From a candidate division WOR-3 bacterium (GTDB lineage Bacteria; SDB-A): a stretch of 40,126 nt of DNA. A program made the translations under genes and the position numbers. The DNA is taken from assembly GCA_016934535.1 (NCBI GenBank), contig JAFGSQ010000070.1, forward strand, positions 1-40,126. Direction: 5' to 3'. The notes under the pieces were generated by a model. The model saw nothing but the letters and a program-made list of their open reading frames with translations, made no database searches and was not told the DNA's origin. Of the stretch, positions 17,223 to 25,787 are shown in pieces. How positions within the stretch are numbered: the first letter of the stretch is position 1; each line of letters starts with the position of its first letter.

Positions 17223-18656
17223 ATGAATCTGAAAACGCTTCTTAAACATATATTCATATATTCTGCCGGCGCAGTATTTTACCAGCTCATCAATATCATT
17301 GCGACCAAAACATATACAAACGTATTTTCGGTCGAAGATTTCGGCATGATATCGTACGTACTCACTTTTACGGCTCTCCTTTCGACTGCTTTGAGCGGCA
17401 TACAGATTTCCAGCGCTCTTGGACGCTTTTACACAGACAAACAGTTTGCCGGGCAAAAAAATACGGTGTTCGCGACCTGCTTTTTTACTCTTTTGTTTTT
17501 CTCTACTGTGACTTTCTTTTTATCAGGAACGCTTTCCTTTCCACTGAGGCATGTTCTTTTCCCGAAAATTCAGAATTCTGCAGTGTTTATTCTTATTTTT
17601 GTTTTCTGTTTTGTAAGTACACAGGAAAAATTTCTGGCTCTTTTTTTCAAGTGGGACCTCAAACCAAACGTCTACATAATATTTTACAATTTGTCGCCTT
17701 TGGCCTCGCTGTTGCTTGTCATCATTATGTCATCTTTCCTGTCAAGCGCCGTGGCCGGATTCATGTCCGGAATAACCGGCGGCTCCCTTCTAATAGTCTT
17801 CCTTCTGATGTTTCTTTTAATAAAACGTCTGTCGTTGGTCTTCGACAAAGACTGGGCGAGAAAAGTAATCAGGTTTTCTCTCCCTTTGATACCGTATACG
17901 AGCACGCTTCTCGTACTCACTTTCGTGGACAGATTTCTAATAAGGTTGTTCATCGGTTACGAAGCGGTAGCTGTGTATTCGATTGGAGCAAAGATATCAG
18001 CTGTTATTTCAGCGGTCTCCGCCGGTTTCAGAAACGCATGGGGTCCGTACTTTTACACGACATATTCAGACGAAAATTCCGGGTATAATTTTGCCAGGGT
18101 ATTCGACCTTTTTAATTTTTTCGCGATCGGCACAATGCTCGTCATAACTCTGTTTTCCAGGCAGTTTATACTTCTTATATCATCGGAAAAATATCTGGGA
18201 GCCATCCAGATAGTGCCTTTTCTTGTCGTCAGCAATATTGTGTTTAACCTTCAGTACTTTCTTTTGGGAATATACATCAAAAACAAGACTATTTATCTCA
18301 CTTATACCGCGTTGACGGGGATAGCGGTGAACATTGTTCTGGACATTTTTCTCATACCCCGATATCAGCTCCTGGGCGCGGCTTTCGCGACCATGCTGTC
18401 TTTTTCGGTTATGTTTTTTATAAACCTGCTTTTGTCCCAAAAACTTCATAAAATACCCTACAGAATCAAATTTAACCTCCTGTCTTTTCTTCCCTGGATA
18501 GCTTTTTGCCTGATGTGGAACCGATTGATTATTTTCGATTCACTTGCGCTGAAAATCGTTTTAATTTTTCTGTACGTTTTCGTGAATAATATGACCGGAG
18601 TTTTCAGTTTCAGGTACGCTCAACGAAAGATACGGGACTACATCAAGCAGAAGTAG
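17223..18656 (+). CDS. Wzx-type oligosaccharide flippase (MOP family)
   Basis: About 12-14 hydrophobic segments; 'LLKHIFIY', 'EDFG', 'FSLPL', 'DRFLI', 'VAVYS', 'LIPRY..LGAA.AT'; start is 17214, 17217 or 17223. Confidence 0.88.
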   Translation: MNLKTLLKHIFIYSAGAVFYQLINIIATKTYTNVFSVEDFGMISYVLTFTALLSTALSGIQISSALGRFYTDKQFAGQKNTVFATCFFTLLFFSTVTFFLSGTLSFPLRHVLFPKIQNSAVFILIFVFCFVSTQEKFLALFFKWDLKPNVYIIFYNLSPLASLLLVIIMSSFLSSAVAGFMSGITGGSLLIVFLLMFLLIKRLSLVFDKDWARKVIRFSLPLIPYTSTLLVLTFVDRFLIRLFIGYEAVAVYSIGAKISAVISAVSAGFRNAWGPYFYTTYSDENSGYNFARVFDLFNFFAIGTMLVITLFSRQFILLISSEKYLGAIQIVPFLVVSNIVFNLQYFLLGIYIKNKTIYLTYTALTGIAVNIVLDIFLIPRYQLLGAAFATMLSFSVMFFINLLLSQKLHKIPYRIKFNLLSFLPWIAFCLMWNRLIIFDSLALKIVLIFLYVFVNNMTGVFSFRYAQRKIRDYIKQK

Positions 18657-18657
18657 A

Positions 18658-19323
18658 TCAAATTCCCGCAGGAGACAGTTTGAAATATTCAGGAACAGCT
18701 GTCGAAAGGTCCAGTATTTTTGAATGAGGATCGTCCCAGAGCTCAGCCAGACAGGAAGAAACAGGCTCGTTAGTCCTGATTCCGCACATATCGCAACTTA
18801 CGCCCTTTTTCGATAAAATTTCGCCAACTCGTTTACGACCTTCACCGACTATTAAAGTTTCCCGTATCCGGGATCCAAGCTCTATTGAATCTAATTTTAC
18901 TGTTTTGGTCATGAACACAGGTTTCAATCCGTTTTTTTCGGATTTGAAAAGACCGCAATAATAATCATTGTTTCTGGCATCTCTCACCGACAATATGTAT
19001 TCAGACAAATTTCTGTATTTCCACGCCATAGCGTAAAGCGCGTTCACTCCCTTCAATTCCGAGCGGGTTGCCTCCACCAGACCTTTCGCGAAAGCCATTC
19101 CTATTCTCAACCCCGTAAACGATCCCGGTCCGGTGACCAAGGCGGTTTTTCCCACTTCTGTAGATTTTAATGACAGAGCTTCGAGAGCCCGTTTGAAAAC
19201 AGCCACAATGTCTTCTCCTCCCGGTTTGCGGGTAAAACACGAAATCTCAAATTTTCTTCCGGCAGGTGTTTTGAGAAAAAGTGAAACGCCTGAATATGAT
19301 GTGTCCACTCCCAGGAATAACAT
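18658..19323 (-). CDS. tsaB: t6A biosynthesis protein TsaB
   Basis: LGVDTS, GPGSFTGLRIG and DAR motifs. Confidence 0.93.
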   Translation of the reverse strand: MLFLGVDTSYSGVSLFLKTPAGRKFEISCFTRKPGGEDIVAVFKRALEALSLKSTEVGKTALVTGPGSFTGLRIGMAFAKGLVEATRSELKGVNALYAMAWKYRNLSEYILSVRDARNNDYYCGLFKSEKNGLKPVFMTKTVKLDSIELGSRIRETLIVGEGRKRVGEILSKKGVSCDMCGIRTNEPVSSCLAELWDDPHSKILDLSTAVPEYFKLSPAGI

Positions 19324-19324
19324 T

Positions 19325-19771
19325 TTACTTTTCCATTACACGTCTTATCGCGGCTTCTCTTCCGCCGCCTTTAGCGATCCTTAGAAAGATATCCCATCTC
19401 GGATACGGAAGATAATCCGTTTCAAGTCTGTCCGCCCATTCGACGAGTTTGAGAGCATCTGACCCGATTATGTCGTCCCAAGCCAAAAAAGACAATTCTC
19501 CGTAGTTTTTCAACCTGTACAGGTCAACGTGGTATATCCCTATATCACCTTCGTAAAAATTTACAAAATTGAAAGAAGGACTGGTGACTCGTTCTGTGAC
19601 GTTAAAAAAACGGCATATAGTCTGTACGGTGAAAGTCTTCCCCGCTCCCAGTGATCCGTACAGGGCGACGAAATCATCTGAGTAAAGTTTCGGACAAAAC
19701 TTCTCGATCTCTTTTTTCATTGAATGCTGATCAGCAGCGAAGAAAACACGTTCAGGTCGAAGCAACGGCAA
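19325..19771 (-). CDS. tsaE: t6A biosynthesis ATPase TsaE
   Basis: GSLGAGKT, VTSPSF, HVDLYRL and VEW; start approximate (TTG 19771 or 19765). Confidence 0.93.
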   Translation of the reverse strand: MPLLRPERVFFAADQHSMKKEIEKFCPKLYSDDFVALYGSLGAGKTFTVQTICRFFNVTERVTSPSFNFVNFYEGDIGIYHVDLYRLKNYGELSFLAWDDIIGSDALKLVEWADRLETDYLPYPRWDIFLRIAKGGGREAAIRRVMEK

Positions 19772-20474
19772 TGCCTTCCATAACAAGATATGGGAAGTAT
19801 TCTCCTTTTTCGATCCAGTTTTTGATTGTTTCGCCCGCGCCGCCTGTTATTATGACGTTCGGGGCCGATCCGGTGTCGGCGGCGATTTTATCCAGTGCCA
19901 AATCTATCGCGCCTTTTACGGAAAAATATATCCCGTTTGACACCGATTGATTCGTGGTGGAACCTGATGGAAGCTTGATTTCCAGTTTCTTGTAATCAAT
20001 TCTTCCGATGCCCGGACAAGCCGAAAGAGATTCAGCCATCATTTGTATCCCGGGCATGATGAAACCGCCTTTGAAAACACCGTCTCTGTCTACAAAATTG
20101 AAAGTCATGGCGCTGCCTCCGTCTATGAGGACGAAAGGCGGCTGTTTTCTCACCATGGCTCCGATTATACCTAGAATTCTGTCAAGTCCGACTTTTTCAG
20201 AATCCGGTCCTTCAATCGGAACGTTTCTTATTATTTTTCTGTCCAGTACCTTGATGTTGTCCGTCTTAATAAATTCCGACAACAGCCTTATCCATTGAAA
20301 AGTCTTGTCCGGAACGACTGACGCTATCGCTATGCTGTCAAATCCCTGCGGAAGAGGAGGTATACTCTTTGGGATTTCCGTGAAATTTCTGCAGAGCTTG
20401 ACTCTCGGAGGCGTTCCGGTGAGCAGGGCGAGTTTATGATTGCTGTTTCCTATATCCAGAGCAATGAGGTTCAA
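19752..20474 (-). CDS. coaX: Type III pantothenate kinase
   Basis: ALDIGNS, GLDR, IDGGSA.T, GG.I.PG and TGG; TTG start overlaps the rplI stop. Confidence 0.9.
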   Translation of the reverse strand: MNLIALDIGNSNHKLALLTGTPPRVKLCRNFTEIPKSIPPLPQGFDSIAIASVVPDKTFQWIRLLSEFIKTDNIKVLDRKIIRNVPIEGPDSEKVGLDRILGIIGAMVRKQPPFVLIDGGSAMTFNFVDRDGVFKGGFIMPGIQMMAESLSACPGIGRIDYKKLEIKLPSGSTTNQSVSNGIYFSVKGAIDLALDKIAADTGSAPNVIITGGAGETIKNWIEKGEYFPYLVMEGIAVAST

Positions 20475-20929
20475 TTTACCCCTTCCTGCCTTATGACCCA
20501 AACCGGCAGATTTACTTCTGTCTCGGCATGAAGTACTATCTTAACCGAATGACTGCCGAGTTTTTTTATGTGCTCGTTCATGAACACGTTGTGACGGTCA
20601 ATAACAATTCCGTGCTGTTCTTCGAGAAGCTTCGCCACGTCTCTTTCAGTGACGGACCCGTAAAGCTTCTCCATCGGTGATGCCTTGGCTTTTATGGTTA
20701 TGCTTTTACCTTCTATCAAACGGGCTATCTCTTCGGCTTCGCTTTTTCCTTTCATGGCCTTCTTCAGTCTCTGTTGTCTTATACTCTCGACCATTTTCAA
20801 AGCGCCGGGCGTTGCCAAGACGGCAAGTTTTTTCGGCAAAAGGTAATTTCTCGCATAACCTTTTTTGACGTTTACCGTGTCGCCGGTTTTGCCGAGTTTA
20901 TCCACTATGTCTGTCAAAACGACTTTCAC
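20471..20929 (-). CDS. rplI: 50S ribosomal protein L9
   Basis: MKVVL..LG..GD.V.VK.GYARNYLLP and KLYGSVT. Confidence 0.98.
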   Translation of the reverse strand: MKVVLTDIVDKLGKTGDTVNVKKGYARNYLLPKKLAVLATPGALKMVESIRQQRLKKAMKGKSEAEEIARLIEGKSITIKAKASPMEKLYGSVTERDVAKLLEEQHGIVIDRHNVFMNEHIKKLGSHSVKIVLHAETEVNLPVWVIRQEGVN

Positions 20930-20938
20930 TTATCCTCC

Positions 20939-21148
20939 TCACCTGTAATACTCGATGACACTCGGCATCAGACCAGAATTTTTGCACGTTTTCACGGCTT
21001 TACTTACTTTTCTCTGATGAAGAGAGCACAAGCCGGTTATCCTTCTCGGAAGGATTTTTCCGCTCTCCATTATGAAATTTTCCAGTTTTTCGACGTCTTT
21101 ATAGTCTATGGTGTCGATCTTTTCTTTACACAATAGGCAAACTTTCAT
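20939..21148 (-). CDS. rpsR: 30S ribosomal protein S18 (Zn-binding form)
   Basis: CLLC, IDYKD and GKILPRRITG.C..HQR. Confidence 0.96.
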   Translation of the reverse strand: MKVCLLCKEKIDTIDYKDVEKLENFIMESGKILPRRITGLCSLHQRKVSKAVKTCKNSGLMPSVIEYYR

Positions 21149-21166
21149 ACACTCAACCTCCTCATG

Positions 21167-21613
21167 TTAAAACGGTATATCGTCGTCTTCGTTTTGAGCC
21201 GTCCCATTGTAAGAATAATCCGAGGCTTCCTGCGGCTGTGTCTCAATTGATGAAGCGGCAAAAAGAAGAGGATATATTCTGCTGGCAGTGACGTCAAAAG
21301 CTTTTATGTTTTCTTTTTCGGGTGTGCTGTACTTATAACCCCTCAGTCTGCCTTCGACGACAACCGGTGAACCCTTTTGCAGGTTCGCTTGAACTTTATC
21401 GGCGAGGAAATCAAACGCCGTTACTTTTATGAAAAAAGTGTCCGGCTCCGCCCATCCTTCTCCGGATTTCGCCCTTTTCGGCGTGCTTACCGCAATGGAG
21501 AATGAAGCGAATTGTTTCCCGCTTTGAGTGAACTTCACTTCGGGATCAGAAGCTACCCGTCCTGAAAGTATAAGAAAATTGATATTCGGCACCCTTATTT
21601 TTCCGTCAGGCAT
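21167..21613 (-). CDS. ssb: Single-stranded DNA-binding protein
   Basis: N...L.GR...DPE, KG..V.VEGRL and C-terminal DDIPF; lies between rpsF and rpsR. Confidence 0.95.
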   Translation of the reverse strand: MPDGKIRVPNINFLILSGRVASDPEVKFTQSGKQFASFSIAVSTPKRAKSGEGWAEPDTFFIKVTAFDFLADKVQANLQKGSPVVVEGRLRGYKYSTPEKENIKAFDVTASRIYPLLFAASSIETQPQEASDYSYNGTAQNEDDDIPF

Positions 21614-21917
21614 TGCCTTTCTCCTCTTCCTCGTCTTTCATTCGTATTACGAAATGTCTCAGTATTTCCGGACGCATGTTCAGAAACTTTTTATATCCCT
21701 CAATAAATCCCGGAGAAGATTTGAAATAATTGAATACATAATTTCCGGGGACCTTTCTGTTATTTTTCATTATGAGGTCCTTTTTTCCGGCTTCCTTCTG
21801 CGAAACGACTTCGCCTTTGTTAGCAGCTATGTATTCTGATATCTCGGCAAGGATTTCTCTCAATTTTTCTTCGCCGGTCCTCGCGTCGAGAATCAGAAGA
21901 TTTTCGTATTTATTCAT
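21606..21917 (-). CDS. rpsF: 30S ribosomal protein S6
   Basis: MNKYE..LIL, G.K.L, G.Y and ILRH; conserved synteny. Confidence 0.92.
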   Translation of the reverse strand: MNKYENLLILDARTGEEKLREILAEISEYIAANKGEVVSQKEAGKKDLIMKNNRKVPGNYVFNYFKSSPGFIEGYKKFLNMRPEILRHFVIRMKDEEEEKGNA

Positions 21918-22498
21918 CTTCGGTCTTCCTCCTTTGAGCAGTATTGTCTGTTGTATTTATTCATTGCGTAATCTATACCTTTTAAGGCCCAGTCTATGAT
22001 AGCCTCGAAAGATTTTTCGAGCACCTCTGAAAGCTGATCCTCCTGCGATGCTTCGAATGAGCTCAAGACAAATTCAGCAGGATCTTCGCCTTCCGGGAGA
22101 GGTCCTATACCGATTTTCAGCCTCTGAAACTTTTTCCCGGTGTAACTTTCAACGGAAGAAAAACCTTTGTGCCCCCCGCTGCTGCCCGCTCTTCTGAATC
22201 TCAAAGCGCCGAGTTTCAGTTCAAAATCGTCCGCTACGAAAAGAGATTCCCCGATTTCCTCGTCCGTAAGACCCATTATTGCAAGCACATCTCCGCTGTT
22301 GTTCATAAACCTTTTCGGTTTGACAAGCTCGAGTTCCGTTCCGTCGATTTTTGTCAGAAAACTGTCATAGTCTTTCCGCTTTATCCACTTCCCTCCGCAA
22401 TTGCGGGCAAGTCCGTCCAGAACGATCATTCCTGCGTTATGCCTCGTCATTTCATACTTCTTTCCCGGATTGCCAAGTCCGAAAACGTGTAATCTCAT
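21914..22498 (-). CDS. pth: Peptidyl-tRNA hydrolase
   Basis: GLGNPG..Y..TRHN.G, KP..FMNNSG, GGHKG and RLKIGIG. Confidence 0.96.
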   Translation of the reverse strand: MRLHVFGLGNPGKKYEMTRHNAGMIVLDGLARNCGGKWIKRKDYDSFLTKIDGTELELVKPKRFMNNSGDVLAIMGLTDEEIGESLFVADDFELKLGALRFRRAGSSGGHKGFSSVESYTGKKFQRLKIGIGPLPEGEDPAEFVLSSFEASQEDQLSEVLEKSFEAIIDWALKGIDYAMNKYNRQYCSKEEDRR

Positions 22499-23130
22499 TC
22501 CTCTTTTTCTTCAGCTGTTTCTGTTTCGGCGCCTTCGGCGGGTTCGACCTCAGGTTTTTCCTCACCGGCTTTGACAGCCTTCGGCGCTATCACTGCGGCT
22601 ATGAGCTGGTGAATATCGTTGAGGCAACGCGCCTCTTTGAAATCTACATCGCTTACGTGAATTTTGTCCCCCAACTTCAGTTGGCTGACGTCTATTTCGA
22701 TGTGTTCGGGAAGCTTGTCAGGGAGAGCTTCTATGAGGAGCTCTCTCATCGGAATCTCAAGTATTCCTCCGGTCTTTACTCCCTCGGGAGTTCCCTGCGT
22801 TATGACGGGAACTGTGACTTTCAAGAGCTCGTTGGCGTGAACGAGCTGAAGGTCCAGATGGAGAAGTCTGTCGGTCATCGGGTCTTTTTGATATTCCTTA
22901 ATGACCGCGAGCACATTTTCTCCGCCCGAAAATTTCAAGTCGATGAGAGCCGGTTCGCCTTTAAGTTTTCTCATAACGGGAACAATCTTGTCTCTGTGAA
23001 CCGTGAAATGCTTGTTTTCTTCTTTGTGTCCATAGATCACACCGGGAATAAAACCGCTGTTTCTTGTAGCTCTGGCGCTGTTTTTTCCCAATCCTTCCCT
23101 TTTTTCCACTTCAAGACTGATCTTATGCAT
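22495..23130 (-). CDS. rplY: 50S ribosomal protein L25/Ctc
   Basis: GK..AR..R..G.IP.VIYG, Q.DP....LH.D and GVK.GG. Confidence 0.96.
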   Translation of the reverse strand: MHKISLEVEKREGLGKNSARATRNSGFIPGVIYGHKEENKHFTVHRDKIVPVMRKLKGEPALIDLKFSGGENVLAVIKEYQKDPMTDRLLHLDLQLVHANELLKVTVPVITQGTPEGVKTGGILEIPMRELLIEALPDKLPEHIEIDVSQLKLGDKIHVSDVDFKEARCLNDIHQLIAAVIAPKAVKAGEEKPEVEPAEGAETETAEEKEE

Positions 23131-23150
23131 ATCCTACTCCTTTTTTTCAT

Positions 23151-24074
23151 TTATAAAAAAAGTGAACTCAGAGAAGCTTCCTCGTGAATCCTGAGAATTG
23201 CCTCGCCGATTATCGAAGAAACTGATATTTCCCTGAAAAAATTCCTCATTTTATCCTTTTTGACGGGGATAGTGTCCGAATATACGAATTGTTCAATAGG
23301 CAGGCTTTCCATTTTTTCAACCGAATTCTGTGAAAGAAGTGGGTGAGCACAATAGACGTAAATTTTTGCGGCGCCTTTTTCGACAGCGGTTTTAACCGCA
23401 TTTTCTATCGTTTTTCCCGTGTCTATTATGTCGTCTATTACGAGAACATTTTTTCCGCTTACATCCCCTATCAGATTGAACTTGCGCCCGATTCCTGTTT
23501 TGCCTCTTTTGTCGATGACGGCCAGAGGCAGGTCTCCCAATTGTTTAGCAAAAAACCTCGCTTTTGAAATGCGTCCGAGATTCGGAGACAAAACTGTCAG
23601 ATCAGGAATATTCTGATCGGCAAAATAGCCGACCGCATTGTACGAACTGTATAGGTGATCAAATGGTATGTTGAAAAATCCTGAAAGTTGTTCGGTGTGA
23701 AGGTCCATTGTCACTATTCTGTCGGCTCCGGCTTTGGAGATGACATCTGCCATAAGCTTGGCCGATATCGGTACTCTCGGTTCGTCTTTTTTATCCTGTC
23801 TCGAATACCCGAAATAAGGGATTATAGAGGTTATCCTCCTCGCGGAGGCTCTCCTGGAGGCGTCTATCAGCAGGAGAAGCTCAAGAATGTTTTCGGCGGG
23901 CGGAAAAGTCGACTGTACTATAAAAACGTCGTCGCCTCTTATGCTCTCCATTATCCTCACTCTGACTTCCCCGTCAGGATACCTTTCAACGCACGCTTTG
24001 CAGGCGTCTGTTTTAAGATATTCGCAGATTCTGTCCGTTAGGGTCACGTTGCTGTTCCCGCTTAAAATCCTCAT
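23151..24074 (-). CDS. prs: Ribose-phosphate pyrophosphokinase
   Basis: DGE, IPYFGYSRQDKK, DLH and DDIIDTG.T. Confidence 0.95.
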   Translation of the reverse strand: MRILSGNSNVTLTDRICEYLKTDACKACVERYPDGEVRVRIMESIRGDDVFIVQSTFPPAENILELLLLIDASRRASARRITSIIPYFGYSRQDKKDEPRVPISAKLMADVISKAGADRIVTMDLHTEQLSGFFNIPFDHLYSSYNAVGYFADQNIPDLTVLSPNLGRISKARFFAKQLGDLPLAVIDKRGKTGIGRKFNLIGDVSGKNVLVIDDIIDTGKTIENAVKTAVEKGAAKIYVYCAHPLLSQNSVEKMESLPIEQFVYSDTIPVKKDKMRNFFREISVSSIIGEAILRIHEEASLSSLFL

Positions 24075-24093
24075 TTTTTCTCTTCGACCTTTT

Positions 24094-24165
24094 CTGGGGC
24101 GGGTGGATTCGAACCACCGAATGCGGGATCCAAAATCCCGTGTCTTGCCGCTTGACGACGCCCCA
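24094..24165 (-). tRNA. tRNA-Gln (TTG); CCA not encoded
   Basis: Acceptor TGGGGCG/CGCCCCA with G73, anticodon stem CGGGA/TCCCG with loop TTTTGGA, T loop TTCGAAT; typical ispE-tRNA-Gln-prs synteny. Confidence 0.95.
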
Positions 24166-25035
24166 TCATATTTCGAGGTCCCCGGCAGAACTCCATCCTG
24201 CTTTCGGGTCCGACGAAAATATTTTTACGTCTTCTCCTTTCAACCTTTTATCCAAATACATCATGGCGTTTTCGTAACCAGCGTTTTCACCGAAAAACCC
24301 GTATATTGACGAACCTGATCCGGACATCAACGCAAAATCAGCGCCCGCATCCAGAAGCGTGTCTCTGTAATATTCCAATTTTGAGTGACTTTTGAAAATC
24401 GTTGCCTCAAAATCGTTGTAAAATTTTTCACTCTTAAACTGAAAAATCATACTTTTATACTTTTCACGCTCATCTGTCAAGTCATAAGATTCGTAAGCTT
24501 CTTTTGTCGATACTCTTATCGAAGGGATAACGACAACAAACCGGCCGCTGACAATCTCATTTTCGAAAGTGAGGATGTCTCCTCTTCCTTCGGCTTTCGC
24601 CTTTCCGCCTCTCAGAAAAAACGGTACGTCACAGCCTAACTTTCTAGCCGTGTCTTCAGTTACTTTTCCCGACGGTGTTTTTCCGATGAAACAGGAGGTG
24701 TAAAGCAAAGTAACGGCGGCGTTTGAAGACCCGGCTCCTAGTCCCGTCCCCGGAGGTGTGCGTTTGAGAAGATTTATGCTGAAAAAGGGGATTCCTTCAT
24801 ATCGCTCCCTCATCAAATCGAGTGCTCTTATAACAAGGTTTTCTTTGCCTGAAGGAGCAGGTTCTCCGCTCACAGCAATCGTGTCTTCATCTTTTTTCTC
24901 TTCAAAACAAATCTCGTCGCCCCAGTCTAGGGACTGGAAAACGGTTTCAATCCCGTGATAGCCGTCTTCTCTTTTTCCTGTAATCCTGAGTGAAAGGTTC
25001 ACTTTCACCGGACAAAGAAAACGCCTCATTTTCAT
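24166..25035 (-). CDS. ispE: 4-diphosphocytidyl-2-C-methyl-D-erythritol kinase
   Basis: KVNL.L.I.GKR.DGYH, P.G.GLGAGSSNAA, LG.DVPFF and MSGSGS. Confidence 0.96.
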   Translation of the reverse strand: MKMRRFLCPVKVNLSLRITGKREDGYHGIETVFQSLDWGDEICFEEKKDEDTIAVSGEPAPSGKENLVIRALDLMRERYEGIPFFSINLLKRTPPGTGLGAGSSNAAVTLLYTSCFIGKTPSGKVTEDTARKLGCDVPFFLRGGKAKAEGRGDILTFENEIVSGRFVVVIPSIRVSTKEAYESYDLTDEREKYKSMIFQFKSEKFYNDFEATIFKSHSKLEYYRDTLLDAGADFALMSGSGSSIYGFFGENAGYENAMMYLDKRLKGEDVKIFSSDPKAGWSSAGDLEI

Positions 25036-25787
25036 TGTTTTTTGGAAAAAGAACCGTGCGCGGCGGCAGTCATTTCTTTCAGAAACGAAATATCTTTCTC
25101 AAGCGCAGTTCCGACGACTATTACGTCCGCTCCGGAAATCATCTTTTCCTCGACCTGCTCGGGTTTTTTCAATCCTCCGCCCACTATCACGGCTCCCGAG
25201 CAGTTTTGTCCGGCGCAAATCACGTAATCACATGGCACAGGATCCAAAGCTCCGCTACCCGCTTCGAGATAGACGTTTTTCATTCCCATACATTCGGCCG
25301 CCATCACGTGAGCGGCTAAAATGTCCTTTTTGTCCCGCGGGATGGGATTAGTGTTACTGACGAATTCGACCGCTGTTTTGCGGCCCGACTCGACCAGCAG
25401 ATAAGCAACGGGTATGTTTTCCAGAAAGTATTTTTTCACGAACACGGCATTCTCGAGCTGTTCTTCTATCAGCCATCGCGGGTTCCGGCCTGAAATGAGA
25501 GTGAGAAAAAATACAGCGTCGGCTTCAGGGACAATGAATTTAGAGCTTCCTGGAAAAATTATCACGGGAAGTCCGGAACCCTTCTTGAGTTTGACTATGA
25601 ATTCTCGCAGTGAATCCGTAAAAAGAGTCGAACCGCCTACGAGAACAGCGTCACACTCCGATTCAGCAATTTCTTCCGAAATGCGGGGGAGTTTCTCTAG
25701 CCCAATTTTATCCGGATCGAGCAAAGGAAAAAGCAGGGCTTTTTTCCCTCTCTCCGCTTTACAGATAAGGGTTTTCCAAATTTCCAT
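25032..25787 (-). CDS. Geranylgeranylglyceryl-phosphate synthase, GGGPS/PcrB family (group II-like)
   Basis: LLDPDK, VGGS, IFPG, LISGRNP, YLEAGSGA, VGGG and GAD.IVVGT. Confidence 0.92.
   Translation of the reverse strand: MEIWKTLICKAERGKKALLFPLLDPDKIGLEKLPRISEEIAESECDAVLVGGSTLFTDSLREFIVKLKKGSGLPVIIFPGSSKFIVPEADAVFFLTLISGRNPRWLIEEQLENAVFVKKYFLENIPVAYLLVESGRKTAVEFVSNTNPIPRDKKDILAAHVMAAECMGMKNVYLEAGSGALDPVPCDYVICAGQNCSGAVIVGGGLKKPEQVEEKMISGADVIVVGTALEKDISFLKEMTAAAHGSFSKKQ

Noticed and set aside
22351-23187. Long antisense ORFs (also 11471-12148, 25414-26181, 36107-36943, 38235-38936, 5421-6035)
   Set aside because: They are shadows of well-supported minus-strand genes, with no motifs or translation signals.
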